From: a virus
Taxonomy: Duplodnaviria > Heunggongvirae > Uroviricota > Caudoviricetes
Reading direction: 5' to 3' (one strand)
Virus record (IMG/VR): IMGVR_UViG_3300028888_000043
Coordinates: 137,756-201,755 of that record
Length of the DNA: 64,000 nucleotides
Below, piece by piece: positions 18,995 to 27,909 of the stretch (the stretch's first letter is position 1; every line of letters starts with the position of its first letter). The translations under genes were made by a program, and so were the position numbers. Under the pieces are notes generated by a model. The model was not told the DNA's origin. It did no database searches and was given only the letters and a program-made list of their open reading frames with translations.

Positions 18995-21385
18995 TTATCC
19001 ATTATTTTTAACCACCTCTGAATTGATGAAAACAAGTTTTCCTTTCTTGATTTCATTAGTCCATGCATCCTTCAAATTATCAGGCGCATCATAAATCATC
19101 CATATGGTATTGACCGGTGCCCTGTCTGCAACATCCGCCCTGTGAACAGTCTGCATTATCGCACTCCTTATCCTTTCCTCAACATTCTGATAATCAAACC
19201 AACCATCAGTAATCACAATATGGATGTCATCCTTTTCATCCTTGGCATCATCATTGAGGGTCTGTTCTACCACATCAAGCATTGCTGCGATTGCGGCATC
19301 CGCATCAGTACCTCCACCACACTGTGCAATACCTGTGGAGACAATAGCAAGAATCTCTTCTGTTACTTCCCTCTCATTCTTATCATAGAAATCCTCAACC
19401 TTGAACACACCATTGTTCCTTGATGCCCAAGGACAGATGTTCATTCCTGAATACTCCCACTGCTGGGTGAATACCACAAGGGATTTACAGATGACTTCAA
19501 GAAGCGAGGTGTCAACAGAACCAGATACATCCACATAAATGTTCACATCCTGCGGATCCTGTGCCTCATTCTTGTGATGGACACCATACTCACCCATAGC
19601 AATCCTGCTCTTCCTCTTCCAGTCATTATAACCAGTAGGTGTATCCTTACCTGCCCTCCTGGTCTTCTGTGACATAAACTCTTCAAGAATGTCCTTCCAC
19701 AAGTTCTTATACTTGTTAGACTCTATCTCAATGGCCTTCAAATACTTGTTGATAGGATCACTCTTTGGAAGGTCTCTTCTCATCTTGTCAATGGCCTTCT
19801 GTATTTTCTCCTTGGAGTTGTTGGTCTCATTCTGCTTTCTGATCTTGTTGATGGCATCAATATCATCCTGACTATAACCTGCTTCTGCAAGGTCATCATC
19901 ACTCAATCCCTTCTCGGCAAATGAACCTGTACCTCCGATACTGGTATGTTCACCCATCTCGGAAGTTTCACCGCCTCTATTCTCTATGTCATTTGCAAGT
20001 TTATTGACATCATCATCAGTAAGTGAATCGGCAGACTTACCCTGTCCACCCTTTCCCGCTGACTTGCTTTTCTGCTTATTGTCATCACCTGAATCCTTAC
20101 TGTCACCCTGCTGGTCATCACCTTGCTGGTCATTATTATTACCATCTGATTCCTTCTGGTCTTCCTGACTCTTACCCTTTCCTTCACCGGAACCATCAGA
20201 CTTGATGTTTTCCGGAAGTCCATCATTCTCATCAGATGATTCACCACCCTTATTATTATTAGGAAGTTCTATCTCATCCAAATCTTCATTCTTCAAATCG
20301 GTGTCATAATTCTGACCACCTCTTTGACTTCCACCTCCGCCGGCACCGTCAGTACCTTCATCAGGATTCATAGCATTGTTGAGTTTGTCAATCAGTTTCC
20401 TGAATGCAGTATTGAATCCTTCCTCATAAGTCTTACCAGTATCCTGTTTTGGTGCTTCCTTGGCCTCATTGATATATTCTTCAATAGACCTCACCGTGAG
20501 ATATTCAAGTGCCTTGATATCATCAATACCCTTGTCTTTGGAAATCTCACCCATACCATTTATAATCCCAGCTTCCATAAGTTTGTCCCAGGCATTCTTG
20601 TATCCATACTTCTTGATGAGTCCAGCAATCTTGTTCCAGGCATCCTTGTATCCCTGGTTCCACTCATCAGTTGTCTTGACAGTATCTTTCCTTGCTTGTT
20701 CCGGATCTGCCGGAGGAGGACACATTGACCTCAACTTGGCCATATACTTCTCATCATTGAGGATGATTTCCATAGGAACAACATTGGTATTCTGACCAAG
20801 GTCACCACCTACATTCTTCAAATACAATCCCTTGATTTCCTTTGTAAGTCTTTCCTCGTCTATCAATCCTATCCTCACTAAAGTCTGGTTCACCTCTATG
20901 TCTGCCGCAAGGTTGTTGTCATGTAGAGTTTGGGGTGTCTTGGTTTTACCATTGGCAGCAAGCCAGTTGGTACCTCTTTCTATATGATTGAAGAGGGCAT
21001 GGAACACCTCGTGCATAAGAACAGCGGCAATGAGTTCAGTATCCATCTTCAATACATTAAATACAAACCCGGCATTCAAATAAAGGTTCATATGCTCATC
21101 AATAGCCATTGTCTTAATCTTCTTACTGTGTGCAAGATAGATGATGTTCAATGTATTCTTTGCAAATGTGAATGTCCTGGAGTATTCTGAATTAAGATAC
21201 ATCAAAGCCTTGTTGACAGCTGCAACAATCTCCTTTGGATGAACAGACCTGCCATCAGCAAAGGTAATCAGACCACCATTAATGAATGCCCTGTTACAAA
21301 CACTCTGTTCACCATGAACAAGGTCTTCATTTAATTTATCATATACATAACTGTCAAAATCTTTGATATTTAACAATTCTCTCAT
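18995..21385 (-). CDS. HExxH metallopeptidase-like + VWA domain protein (DUF2201-like MoxR partner)
   Basis: HEVFH...NLAADIEVN, acidic low-complexity linker, MIDAS motif DVSGS...GGT...ITDG; CATAAATA at 21411-21418. Confidence 0.85.
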   Translation of the reverse strand: MRELLNIKDFDSYVYDKLNEDLVHGEQSVCNRAFINGGLITFADGRSVHPKEIVAAVNKALMYLNSEYSRTFTFAKNTLNIIYLAHSKKIKTMAIDEHMNLYLNAGFVFNVLKMDTELIAAVLMHEVFHALFNHIERGTNWLAANGKTKTPQTLHDNNLAADIEVNQTLVRIGLIDEERLTKEIKGLYLKNVGGDLGQNTNVVPMEIILNDEKYMAKLRSMCPPPADPEQARKDTVKTTDEWNQGYKDAWNKIAGLIKKYGYKNAWDKLMEAGIINGMGEISKDKGIDDIKALEYLTVRSIEEYINEAKEAPKQDTGKTYEEGFNTAFRKLIDKLNNAMNPDEGTDGAGGGGSQRGGQNYDTDLKNEDLDEIELPNNNKGGESSDENDGLPENIKSDGSGEGKGKSQEDQKESDGNNNDQQGDDQQGDSKDSGDDNKQKSKSAGKGGQGKSADSLTDDDVNKLANDIENRGGETSEMGEHTSIGGTGSFAEKGLSDDDLAEAGYSQDDIDAINKIRKQNETNNSKEKIQKAIDKMRRDLPKSDPINKYLKAIEIESNKYKNLWKDILEEFMSQKTRRAGKDTPTGYNDWKRKSRIAMGEYGVHHKNEAQDPQDVNIYVDVSGSVDTSLLEVICKSLVVFTQQWEYSGMNICPWASRNNGVFKVEDFYDKNEREVTEEILAIVSTGIAQCGGGTDADAAIAAMLDVVEQTLNDDAKDEKDDIHIVITDGWFDYQNVEERIRSAIMQTVHRADVADRAPVNTIWMIYDAPDNLKDAWTNEIKKGKLVFINSEVVKNNG

Positions 21386-21440
21386 ATAATTACATTACAA
21401 TACTATATGTTATTTATGAAGTAAAATTGTTTCAATAAAA

Positions 21441-21472
21441 TTTGGAATTGTCAAAAAAAAGCATTATCTTTG
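21441..21472 (+). promoter_or_regulatory. Bacteroidetes sigma-A-type promoter (-33 TTTG / -7 TAnnTTTG)
   Basis: TTTG at 21441-21444, 20-nt spacer, TATCTTTG at 21465-21472. Confidence 0.75.
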
Positions 21473-21490
21473 TATAGAAAACAATATGAT

Positions 21491-21862
21491 ATGAATAGAG
21501 AGGATATATTGAATACTCTTAAAGAAGGTGCAAACTTCACCATCAATGAAAATGGTTTCGGATATGGATCCATCAACCACTTCCCTGAATGTAATATGAA
21601 GTCAGAGAAGTGTATGTCTCCTCTTACCTATTACAATATCCATTATCCCACCAAGGCCAGACTCCTGGAGTCCCTTCCCTGGAATGTGGTGAAGAATCCC
21701 AGGAATCCGGAAGAAGGTGAATATCCTTCTGAAGACGGCGATTACATCACTATGATGGACTGCGACGAGCATGCTGTTCATACAAATACATTCAAGGATG
21801 GTCATTTTATCTGGATGGACAGAACCCACATCAAGTGGTGGATGAAACTCCCTGAAAAATAA
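21491..21862 (+). CDS. hypothetical early protein with DUF551-like C-terminus
   Basis: ATG at 21491 preferred because the TTG at 21470 lies inside the promoter; W...YP..DGDYI...IKWWMKLP. Confidence 0.6.
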   Translation: MNREDILNTLKEGANFTINENGFGYGSINHFPECNMKSEKCMSPLTYYNIHYPTKARLLESLPWNVVKNPRNPEEGEYPSEDGDYITMMDCDEHAVHTNTFKDGHFIWMDRTHIKWWMKLPEK

Positions 21863-21892
21863 AAAATAATAATCAATAAAAACCAAACAGAT

Positions 21893-22306
21893 ATGAATTA
21901 CAAAAGTGAAAGTCTTGATGACCTTGCCAGGGAACTGAAAGAAGGTGTAGTCACCTTTGAGTATGCAAAACTGGATGGCTCGATTCGAAGAGCAAAGGGA
22001 ACACTTAATGAAGAATATATTCCAGAAAAACTTCCAGACTTCATTCAATTTGACTGTGATGCAATTGACACATTGATGAAAGAAAAAAATATCAAAATCA
22101 TCAATGATTATGCAAAAGAGAATGGATTGGAATATTTGTGCCTGTCATCCTCTGAAACTGGAGAGTCACAATATGTTTTCACTCCAATTAAGGAAAAGAT
22201 AAAATTAAGTGAAAAAACAATGAACTCTTTGTTCTCATACTATGATATAGAGAAAGATGCTTTCAGATCCTTCAAGAAAGAAAACTTCAAAGGAATTATA
22301 GAATAA
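21893..22306 (+). CDS. SH3-fold/WYL-like DUF2693-type protein
   Basis: GVVTFEYAKLDGSIRRAKGTL...YYDIEKDAFRSF. Confidence 0.75.
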   Translation: MNYKSESLDDLARELKEGVVTFEYAKLDGSIRRAKGTLNEEYIPEKLPDFIQFDCDAIDTLMKEKNIKIINDYAKENGLEYLCLSSSETGESQYVFTPIKEKIKLSEKTMNSLFSYYDIEKDAFRSFKKENFKGIIE

Positions 22307-22313
22307 ATATATT

Positions 22314-22490
22314 ATGATTATCACAATTCTGGTCATATTATTTATCATAGCAGGATTAAGATATTTCATTCCTCTTATCTGGAAGTTCATTGTTTTTATC
22401 ATCAGTCTTATCTCTGCAAGTTTCTATTCTATCATTAAGTTGTCATTCCTCTTTTTGGTAGTCTATATTGTCATTTCAATGTTGACCTAA
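22314..22490 (+). CDS. 58-aa hydrophobic membrane protein
   Basis: Below the ORF-track cutoff: MIITILVILFIIAGLRYFIPLIWKFIVFIISLISASFYSIIKLSFLFLVVYIVISMLT*. Confidence 0.6.
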   Translation: MIITILVILFIIAGLRYFIPLIWKFIVFIISLISASFYSIIKLSFLFLVVYIVISMLT

Positions 22491-22504
22491 TCTCTATTAC
22501 TCTG

Positions 22505-22525
22505 ATAATATACAAACGGGCCATT
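22505..22525 (+). repeat. 21-bp intergenic repeat, copy 1 (ATAATATACAAACGGGCCATT)
   Basis: Exact reverse-complement copy at 57497-57517. Confidence 0.85.
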
Positions 22526-22616
22526 CATCACAAAATGATTTTTTAAAAGGAAATAACTAATATATAATATGTTATAAGGACAAGTTTGGTGTTTTGATTG
22601 TTTGATGATTTTTTTG

Positions 22617-22647
22617 AAAAGGGGATGAGTAATCATCTCCTTTTTTT
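22617..22647 (+). terminator. intrinsic terminator
   Basis: AAAAGGGGATGA-gtaa-TCATCTCCTTTTTTT. Confidence 0.75.
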
Positions 22648-22664
22648 GTTATTTTTCTTATAGT

Positions 22665-22913
22665 ATGATAGGAAAAATTTATAGAGTAACTTACAATGTC
22701 CTGAAACAGGAAGCAGTACTTCATCTGGAGGATGGTGATGTTATGACCATACATATGACAGATGATGAATGGAAGCAGATGTGTGTTGGAGATGTGAACT
22801 CTAATTTCCAGGAATTGCTGGACACATATGAAAAGGAATGTGAAAAAGAAATAGAGAAGGGTCCATTTCTTCTGGATCCTGTAACAGGTGAGAGAACATA
22901 TTATGAGAAATAA
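22665..22913 (+). CDS. hypothetical protein
   Basis: 82-aa ORF after a TTGTTATTTTT motif. Confidence 0.65.
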   Translation: MIGKIYRVTYNVLKQEAVLHLEDGDVMTIHMTDDEWKQMCVGDVNSNFQELLDTYEKECEKEIEKGPFLLDPVTGERTYYEK

Positions 22914-23445
22914 GTATATCATTGTTGGTCCTGGCGCTTCCGGGAAGGACTGGATGTTGAAGAAGATGGTGAAGATGGGATACAAACCTATGAGACAGTA
23001 CACCACCAGGGAAAAGAGAGAAAATGAAACAGGAGATGAGTATCACTTCATCTCTGATGAAGAATTCAAGTATATGGATGACAGAGGGCAGTTCATTTCA
23101 TCCAACTTCTACAGGATAGGTTGGTATGCCATATCCTATGATGAACTGGTCAACTCTGATGTCGCCATCCTTTCCCCTGCCAATGTCAGGGATGTATTCA
23201 GATTGTATCCAGAATTGAGAGACAAGTTCACTGTCATCTATCTGGACATGCCGGAGTCTTTGAGAAGGGAAAGGTTGACCAGAAGATACATTGGAAAACC
23301 GGGAGACAACAATGAGGAAAGGCTGGCTGCTGACAGGAAAGATTTTGATGGATTTGCCCTCTGGGACCTCCGGTTGGGGGATGAGAAATCGGTCACTACA
23401 TTCATAAATATTTTATTCCCCGAATCCGGGGATGCCGGGTTTTAA
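22903..23445 (+). CDS. guanylate kinase-like P-loop kinase
   Basis: GPGASGKD, YTTREKRENE..G.EYHFIS; ATG at 22903 overlaps the end of the upstream gene. Confidence 0.8.
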   Translation: MRNKYIIVGPGASGKDWMLKKMVKMGYKPMRQYTTREKRENETGDEYHFISDEEFKYMDDRGQFISSNFYRIGWYAISYDELVNSDVAILSPANVRDVFRLYPELRDKFTVIYLDMPESLRRERLTRRYIGKPGDNNEERLAADRKDFDGFALWDLRLGDEKSVTTFINILFPESGDAGF

Positions 23446-23470
23446 TGTTTAACTTTTAAATTATTTTAGG

Positions 23471-24142
23471 ATGAATAAACTTAATCCTTCAATCAGTATT
23501 CTTGATGCTTGCTGTGTAACTGGAAACACAAAATTGTGGACAGTTGACGGCATTAAATCATTTAAGGAACTTGCTGATACAGAAGAAGATGTGAATGTTT
23601 ATTGTCTGGACATTGATGGTAAGATTAGAATGTCCAAGATGTTCCACCCCAGGATTACTGGGTACAACATTGAGTTTTTGAGAATCACTCTTGATGATGG
23701 GACTGAACTCAATATGACAGAGAATCATATGGTTCTCACCAAAGAAGGTTATGTGATGGCCGGAGACCTCAATGAAGGTGATGAGATTGTGAAGATGAAG
23801 GATGTATCCAATCTCCCCGCTGAAATCTCCGAGACCGACAAGAGGTTCACTGAATATGAGGGAACCAAGAAGGGAACAGTTATCAAGCGGTGCGAAGTCA
23901 CCGGTGATGAATTTGAGTGCGTTTGGGAAGAGAGGGAACTCTGCACCAAGACTGGTTATGAGTCGGACCTCTTTAATATGAAGAAGGATGTGATGACATC
24001 ATCAGAGAATTATGAATATGTCAAGGTGAAGAGCGTGGAGTTCTTCGGACGGGAGAATGTTTATAATGGTACTGTTGCTGTTTATCACAATTATTTTACT
24101 GTTGATGAGAACACGAACACCATCATCAACCAGATGAACTGA
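23471..24142 (+). CDS. free-standing intein/Hint-domain protein
   Basis: Block A CVTGNTKL, block B MTENH, block F VYNGTVAVYHNYF, terminal Asn directly before the stop; only a 14-aa N-extein. CATAAATA at 23403-23410. Confidence 0.85.
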   Translation: MNKLNPSISILDACCVTGNTKLWTVDGIKSFKELADTEEDVNVYCLDIDGKIRMSKMFHPRITGYNIEFLRITLDDGTELNMTENHMVLTKEGYVMAGDLNEGDEIVKMKDVSNLPAEISETDKRFTEYEGTKKGTVIKRCEVTGDEFECVWEERELCTKTGYESDLFNMKKDVMTSSENYEYVKVKSVEFFGRENVYNGTVAVYHNYFTVDENTNTIINQMN

Positions 24143-24177
24143 TGGTGAACAATATATAAACAAACATAAAATTTTAT

Positions 24178-26379
24178 ATGATTAAAACAGTAATTAAGAG
24201 GGATGGTACGCCTGCCCATTTCCGTATCGAAAAGATATACAGTGCACTTGACAAGGCGTTTGCTTCCAAGGAAATGGAGACTCCCGTCGAGGTTTATGAC
24301 TTCATCAAGGACTGGGTGGATCACATCGAAGAAGAGTCCATGCATGTGGAGGACATCCAGGATAAACTTGAGAAATATCTGATGAAGTATTATCCTTGCG
24401 TCGCCAAGAACTTCATAATCTGGAGGGCGGAACATAAGGCGGCGAGAGAAGAGAAGGACAGACAGACAAAGGAGATGGAGAAAAAACTGTTTGCCAAGAA
24501 TGTTGAGAATCAGAACGCCAATCTCGACGAGCATTCATTTGAAGGTAGGATGGGTGAGGTCACAAGGGTTGTGACAAAGGATTATGCCTTGAAGTATTGT
24601 ATGAGCAGGAAGTCAAGGAACAACCATCTGAACAATGAGATTTATATCCACGACCTTGATCATTATGCAGTAGGTAACCACAACTGTCTTTCTATTCCTT
24701 TTGATGATCTTCTTGCAAAGGGTTTCCATACAAGACAGACAGATGTAAGACCGGCTAATTCAGTCAATACGGCAATGCAGTTGGTGGCTGTCATCTTCCA
24801 GTTGCAGTCACTCCAGCAGTTTGGTGGTGTCTCTGCTACCCACCTTGACTGGACTATGGTTCCCTATGTGAAGAAGTCTTTCAGAAAGCATATCAAGTCC
24901 TGGTTCAAGGATGTTGAAGGATATTCAAAAGATGAAGCGGAAAAGGTTGTGTGTGAACTTGAAGATACTTGGGGAGAACTTTGTTTTGAGAATGAAGGAT
25001 TCAAAAAGAATTTTCCCAAGATTTACAGATATGCATATGGTCAGACTGAATCTGAAACATATCAGGCAGTAGAAGGTATGTATCATAACTTGAATACCTT
25101 ACAGAGTAGAAGTGGGAATCAGCTGCCTTTCACATCCATCAACTACGGTACTTGCACTTCACCGGAAGGAAGGATGGTAACGCAGAAACTCCTTGAGGTA
25201 TCTATTGCAGGTCTTGGTAAGTTCCATAAGACACCTATCTTCCCTTGTGGTATCTTCCAGTATATGAAGGGTGTCAACGACAAACTTGGAACACCTAACT
25301 ATGACCTCTATCAGTTGGCCCTTAAATCTACTGCAAAGAGACTCTATCCTAACTATGCCAATGTAGACTGGTCAGGTAATGCCGGATATGACAGGAATGA
25401 TCCTTGTACATATTTTAGTACAATGGGATGCCGTACAGCCAATGGTTGGGACATTAATGGCCTTGGTCAGAGAAAGGATGGTAGAGGTAACATCTGCCCT
25501 GTCACCATCATTATGCCTACTCTTGCAATGGAAGCAGACAGGGATGTTGAGAAATTTATGAAACTCCTTGACAAGAAAATTGGTGAAGCAAAGGATATGC
25601 TTCTTGAAAGGTTTGAGTGGATCTGCTCGCAGTCACCGAAGTCAGCAGACTTTATGTACACCAACCATACAATGGCTGGATATGTTCCTGAAGAAGGTAT
25701 CAGGTCGGCCCTGAAGCATGGAACCATTGTTATTGGTCAGCTTGGTCTTGCCGAGACACTTCAACTCCTTATTGGCAAGAACCAACTCACTGATGAAGGT
25801 ATGGCACTTGCAAAGAGAATCGAGCAGCTATTCAAGGACAGATGTGCAGAATACAAGCAGGAATATAAATTGAACTTTGGTGTTTATTACACTCCTGCTG
25901 AGAACCTCTGCTACACTGCATTGAAGAAGTTCCGTGACAAGTATGGTGTCATTGAGAATGTATCTGATAGGGAATACTTCACCAATTCAATTCATGTACC
26001 TGTCTGGGAGAAGGTCACTCCATTTGAGAAGATTGACATTGAGTCACAGCTCACCGGTTACAGTTCAGCAGGTTGCATTACTTATGTTGAACTTCCTTCA
26101 ACAGTACTTCATAACACAGAGGCATTGGAGACCATTGTCAATTATGCTATGGACCATGACATCCCTTACTTTGCAGTCAATACGCCGAACGACCTTTGTA
26201 CCAATTGTGGTTATCAGGGTGAACTTGGTGAGACATGCCCTCAATGTGGAAGTACAAAAATAGACAGACTCCGTAGAGTTACCGGGTATTTGACTGGAAA
26301 TTATTTGACCGCTTTCAATCTTGGAAAGCAGGATGAGGTTAAGGATAGAGTTAAACATAATAAGGAAGTGATTGTTTAA
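24178..26379 (+). CDS. nrdD: anaerobic (class III) ribonucleoside-triphosphate reductase with ATP cone
   Basis: VIKRDG ATP cone, IYIHDLD, TMGCRT, Zn site CTNCG...CPQCG, glycyl-radical motif RVTGYL. Confidence 0.97.
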   Translation: MIKTVIKRDGTPAHFRIEKIYSALDKAFASKEMETPVEVYDFIKDWVDHIEEESMHVEDIQDKLEKYLMKYYPCVAKNFIIWRAEHKAAREEKDRQTKEMEKKLFAKNVENQNANLDEHSFEGRMGEVTRVVTKDYALKYCMSRKSRNNHLNNEIYIHDLDHYAVGNHNCLSIPFDDLLAKGFHTRQTDVRPANSVNTAMQLVAVIFQLQSLQQFGGVSATHLDWTMVPYVKKSFRKHIKSWFKDVEGYSKDEAEKVVCELEDTWGELCFENEGFKKNFPKIYRYAYGQTESETYQAVEGMYHNLNTLQSRSGNQLPFTSINYGTCTSPEGRMVTQKLLEVSIAGLGKFHKTPIFPCGIFQYMKGVNDKLGTPNYDLYQLALKSTAKRLYPNYANVDWSGNAGYDRNDPCTYFSTMGCRTANGWDINGLGQRKDGRGNICPVTIIMPTLAMEADRDVEKFMKLLDKKIGEAKDMLLERFEWICSQSPKSADFMYTNHTMAGYVPEEGIRSALKHGTIVIGQLGLAETLQLLIGKNQLTDEGMALAKRIEQLFKDRCAEYKQEYKLNFGVYYTPAENLCYTALKKFRDKYGVIENVSDREYFTNSIHVPVWEKVTPFEKIDIESQLTGYSSAGCITYVELPSTVLHNTEALETIVNYAMDHDIPYFAVNTPNDLCTNCGYQGELGETCPQCGSTKIDRLRRVTGYLTGNYLTAFNLGKQDEVKDRVKHNKEVIV

Positions 26380-26381
26380 TT

Positions 26382-26864
26382 ATGAAGTATGCAAGTATTA
26401 CAACCTCAGATGTAAACAATGGACTTGGTTGTAGGACGACCTTCTGGGTGTCTGGATGTACCCACCATTGTAAGCAGTGTCATAATAGGAAGACCTGGAG
26501 TTTCAATTCAGGTAAACAGTATAATGAGAAAGTGGAGGAAGTCCTGTTCAATGAGATTGACAAACCTTACATCAAGGGATTGACCTTGAGCGGAGGTGAC
26601 CCGCTTGACAGTCCTGACGGTGTACTTGAACTTCTAAAACATTTCAGGGACAGGTTTGGTGACACCAAGGATGTGTGGATTTACACTGGATACACTTATG
26701 AATACTGTAAAGAACATTTCAAGGAGATTCTTGAACTCTCTGACATTCTGGTTGATGGAATGTATGACTGCACGAAGAGAGACACCTCCTTGGCATTCAG
26801 GGGAAGTTCAAACCAGAGAATCATAAATTTGAAGACTGGTGAGGACATTAGTTCTAAACTGTAA
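26382..26864 (+). CDS. nrdG: class III RNR activating radical-SAM protein
   Basis: GCTHHCKQCHN, GLTLSGGDP, FRGSSNQR. Confidence 0.95.
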   Translation: MKYASITTSDVNNGLGCRTTFWVSGCTHHCKQCHNRKTWSFNSGKQYNEKVEEVLFNEIDKPYIKGLTLSGGDPLDSPDGVLELLKHFRDRFGDTKDVWIYTGYTYEYCKEHFKEILELSDILVDGMYDCTKRDTSLAFRGSSNQRIINLKTGEDISSKL

Positions 26865-27619
26865 TGAAAGAAATCAATAGGGTTTATAATGAAGATTGTT
26901 TGGAGGGGATGAAAGACATCCCCTCCAAATCTATTGACTGTATAATTTGTGATCTCCCTTATGGGTCAAGTTCCATACCTTGGGATGTAATTATTCCTTT
27001 TGATAAACTCTGGGAACAGTATGGTAGAATCATCAAGGACAATGGTGCGATAGTTCTCTTCGGTACTGAACCATTCAGCAGTATGTTGAGGATGAGTAAC
27101 CTGAAATGGTACAAGTATGACTTGATATGGAAGAAGTCAAAGAGTGGTTCTGCCTTTTGTGCCAAATACAGACCAATTGCCAAACATGAGAACATCAGTA
27201 TCTTTTCAAGGAATGGAGAGAAGACAGTTTATAATCCGCAGATGAAACCTGGTGAACCATACAAGAGAACCCATAAGATTTCAGAAGTTGATATCAACAA
27301 TCATCAGATAGGATTCAACAGGAGGGAGGTTGTCAGTGTCAATGAAGGATTCAGGTATCCTGACAGTGTGTTGGAGTTCCAGCAGAAGTGGAGGAGACAG
27401 GATCAACTTCATCCAACACAGAAACCAGTTGAACTTATTGAATGGTTGATAAGGACTTATTCCAATGAAGGTGACACTATCTTGGATAATTGTATGGGAA
27501 GTGGTACGACTGCGATAGCGGCGATGAGGACAGGCAGGAACTTCATCGGGTTTGAGACAGATGAAGGATATTACAAAATATGTCTGGAAAGGATTGAAAA
27601 AGAGACAGGAGGACAGTAA
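26864..27619 (+). CDS. N4/N6 DNA methyltransferase (beta class)
   Basis: DLPYG, HPTQKPVEL, ILDNCMGSGTT. Confidence 0.92.
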   Translation: MKEINRVYNEDCLEGMKDIPSKSIDCIICDLPYGSSSIPWDVIIPFDKLWEQYGRIIKDNGAIVLFGTEPFSSMLRMSNLKWYKYDLIWKKSKSGSAFCAKYRPIAKHENISIFSRNGEKTVYNPQMKPGEPYKRTHKISEVDINNHQIGFNRREVVSVNEGFRYPDSVLEFQQKWRRQDQLHPTQKPVELIEWLIRTYSNEGDTILDNCMGSGTTAIAAMRTGRNFIGFETDEGYYKICLERIEKETGGQ

Positions 27620-27648
27620 ATTGTCTTCCTGTTTGTTATATTTAAGTT

Positions 27649-27909
27649 ATGAGATTGGATTATAGCCTTACGAATATCATCAACAATTATAAGGATGAAG
27701 ATGGACTTGCCAAATATGATTATGTTGGCAGTATCATCTGGTTCAGTAAGCAGGAGTTGTGTGATGAGGTTAGTAAGTTCCTGAATATGTACATTCCTCT
27801 TGAAGTGAAGGTAAGTGTGTCCAGAAAACAGTTGGAGAGTGTCAGAAAGTTATTATCTGGAAGGAAGTTGCTTGGAATGTATGGTGATGATTTTTTAAAT
27901 GAATGGTAA
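27649..27909 (+). CDS. hypothetical protein
   Basis: 86-aa ORF starting 6 nt after TG-T-TATATT. Confidence 0.65.
   Translation: MRLDYSLTNIINNYKDEDGLAKYDYVGSIIWFSKQELCDEVSKFLNMYIPLEVKVSVSRKQLESVRKLLSGRKLLGMYGDDFLNEW

Noticed and set aside
23471-26379. Split intein trans-splicing into NrdD
   Set aside because: The intein ORF has both N- and C-terminal blocks, and NrdD is complete with no intein fragment.
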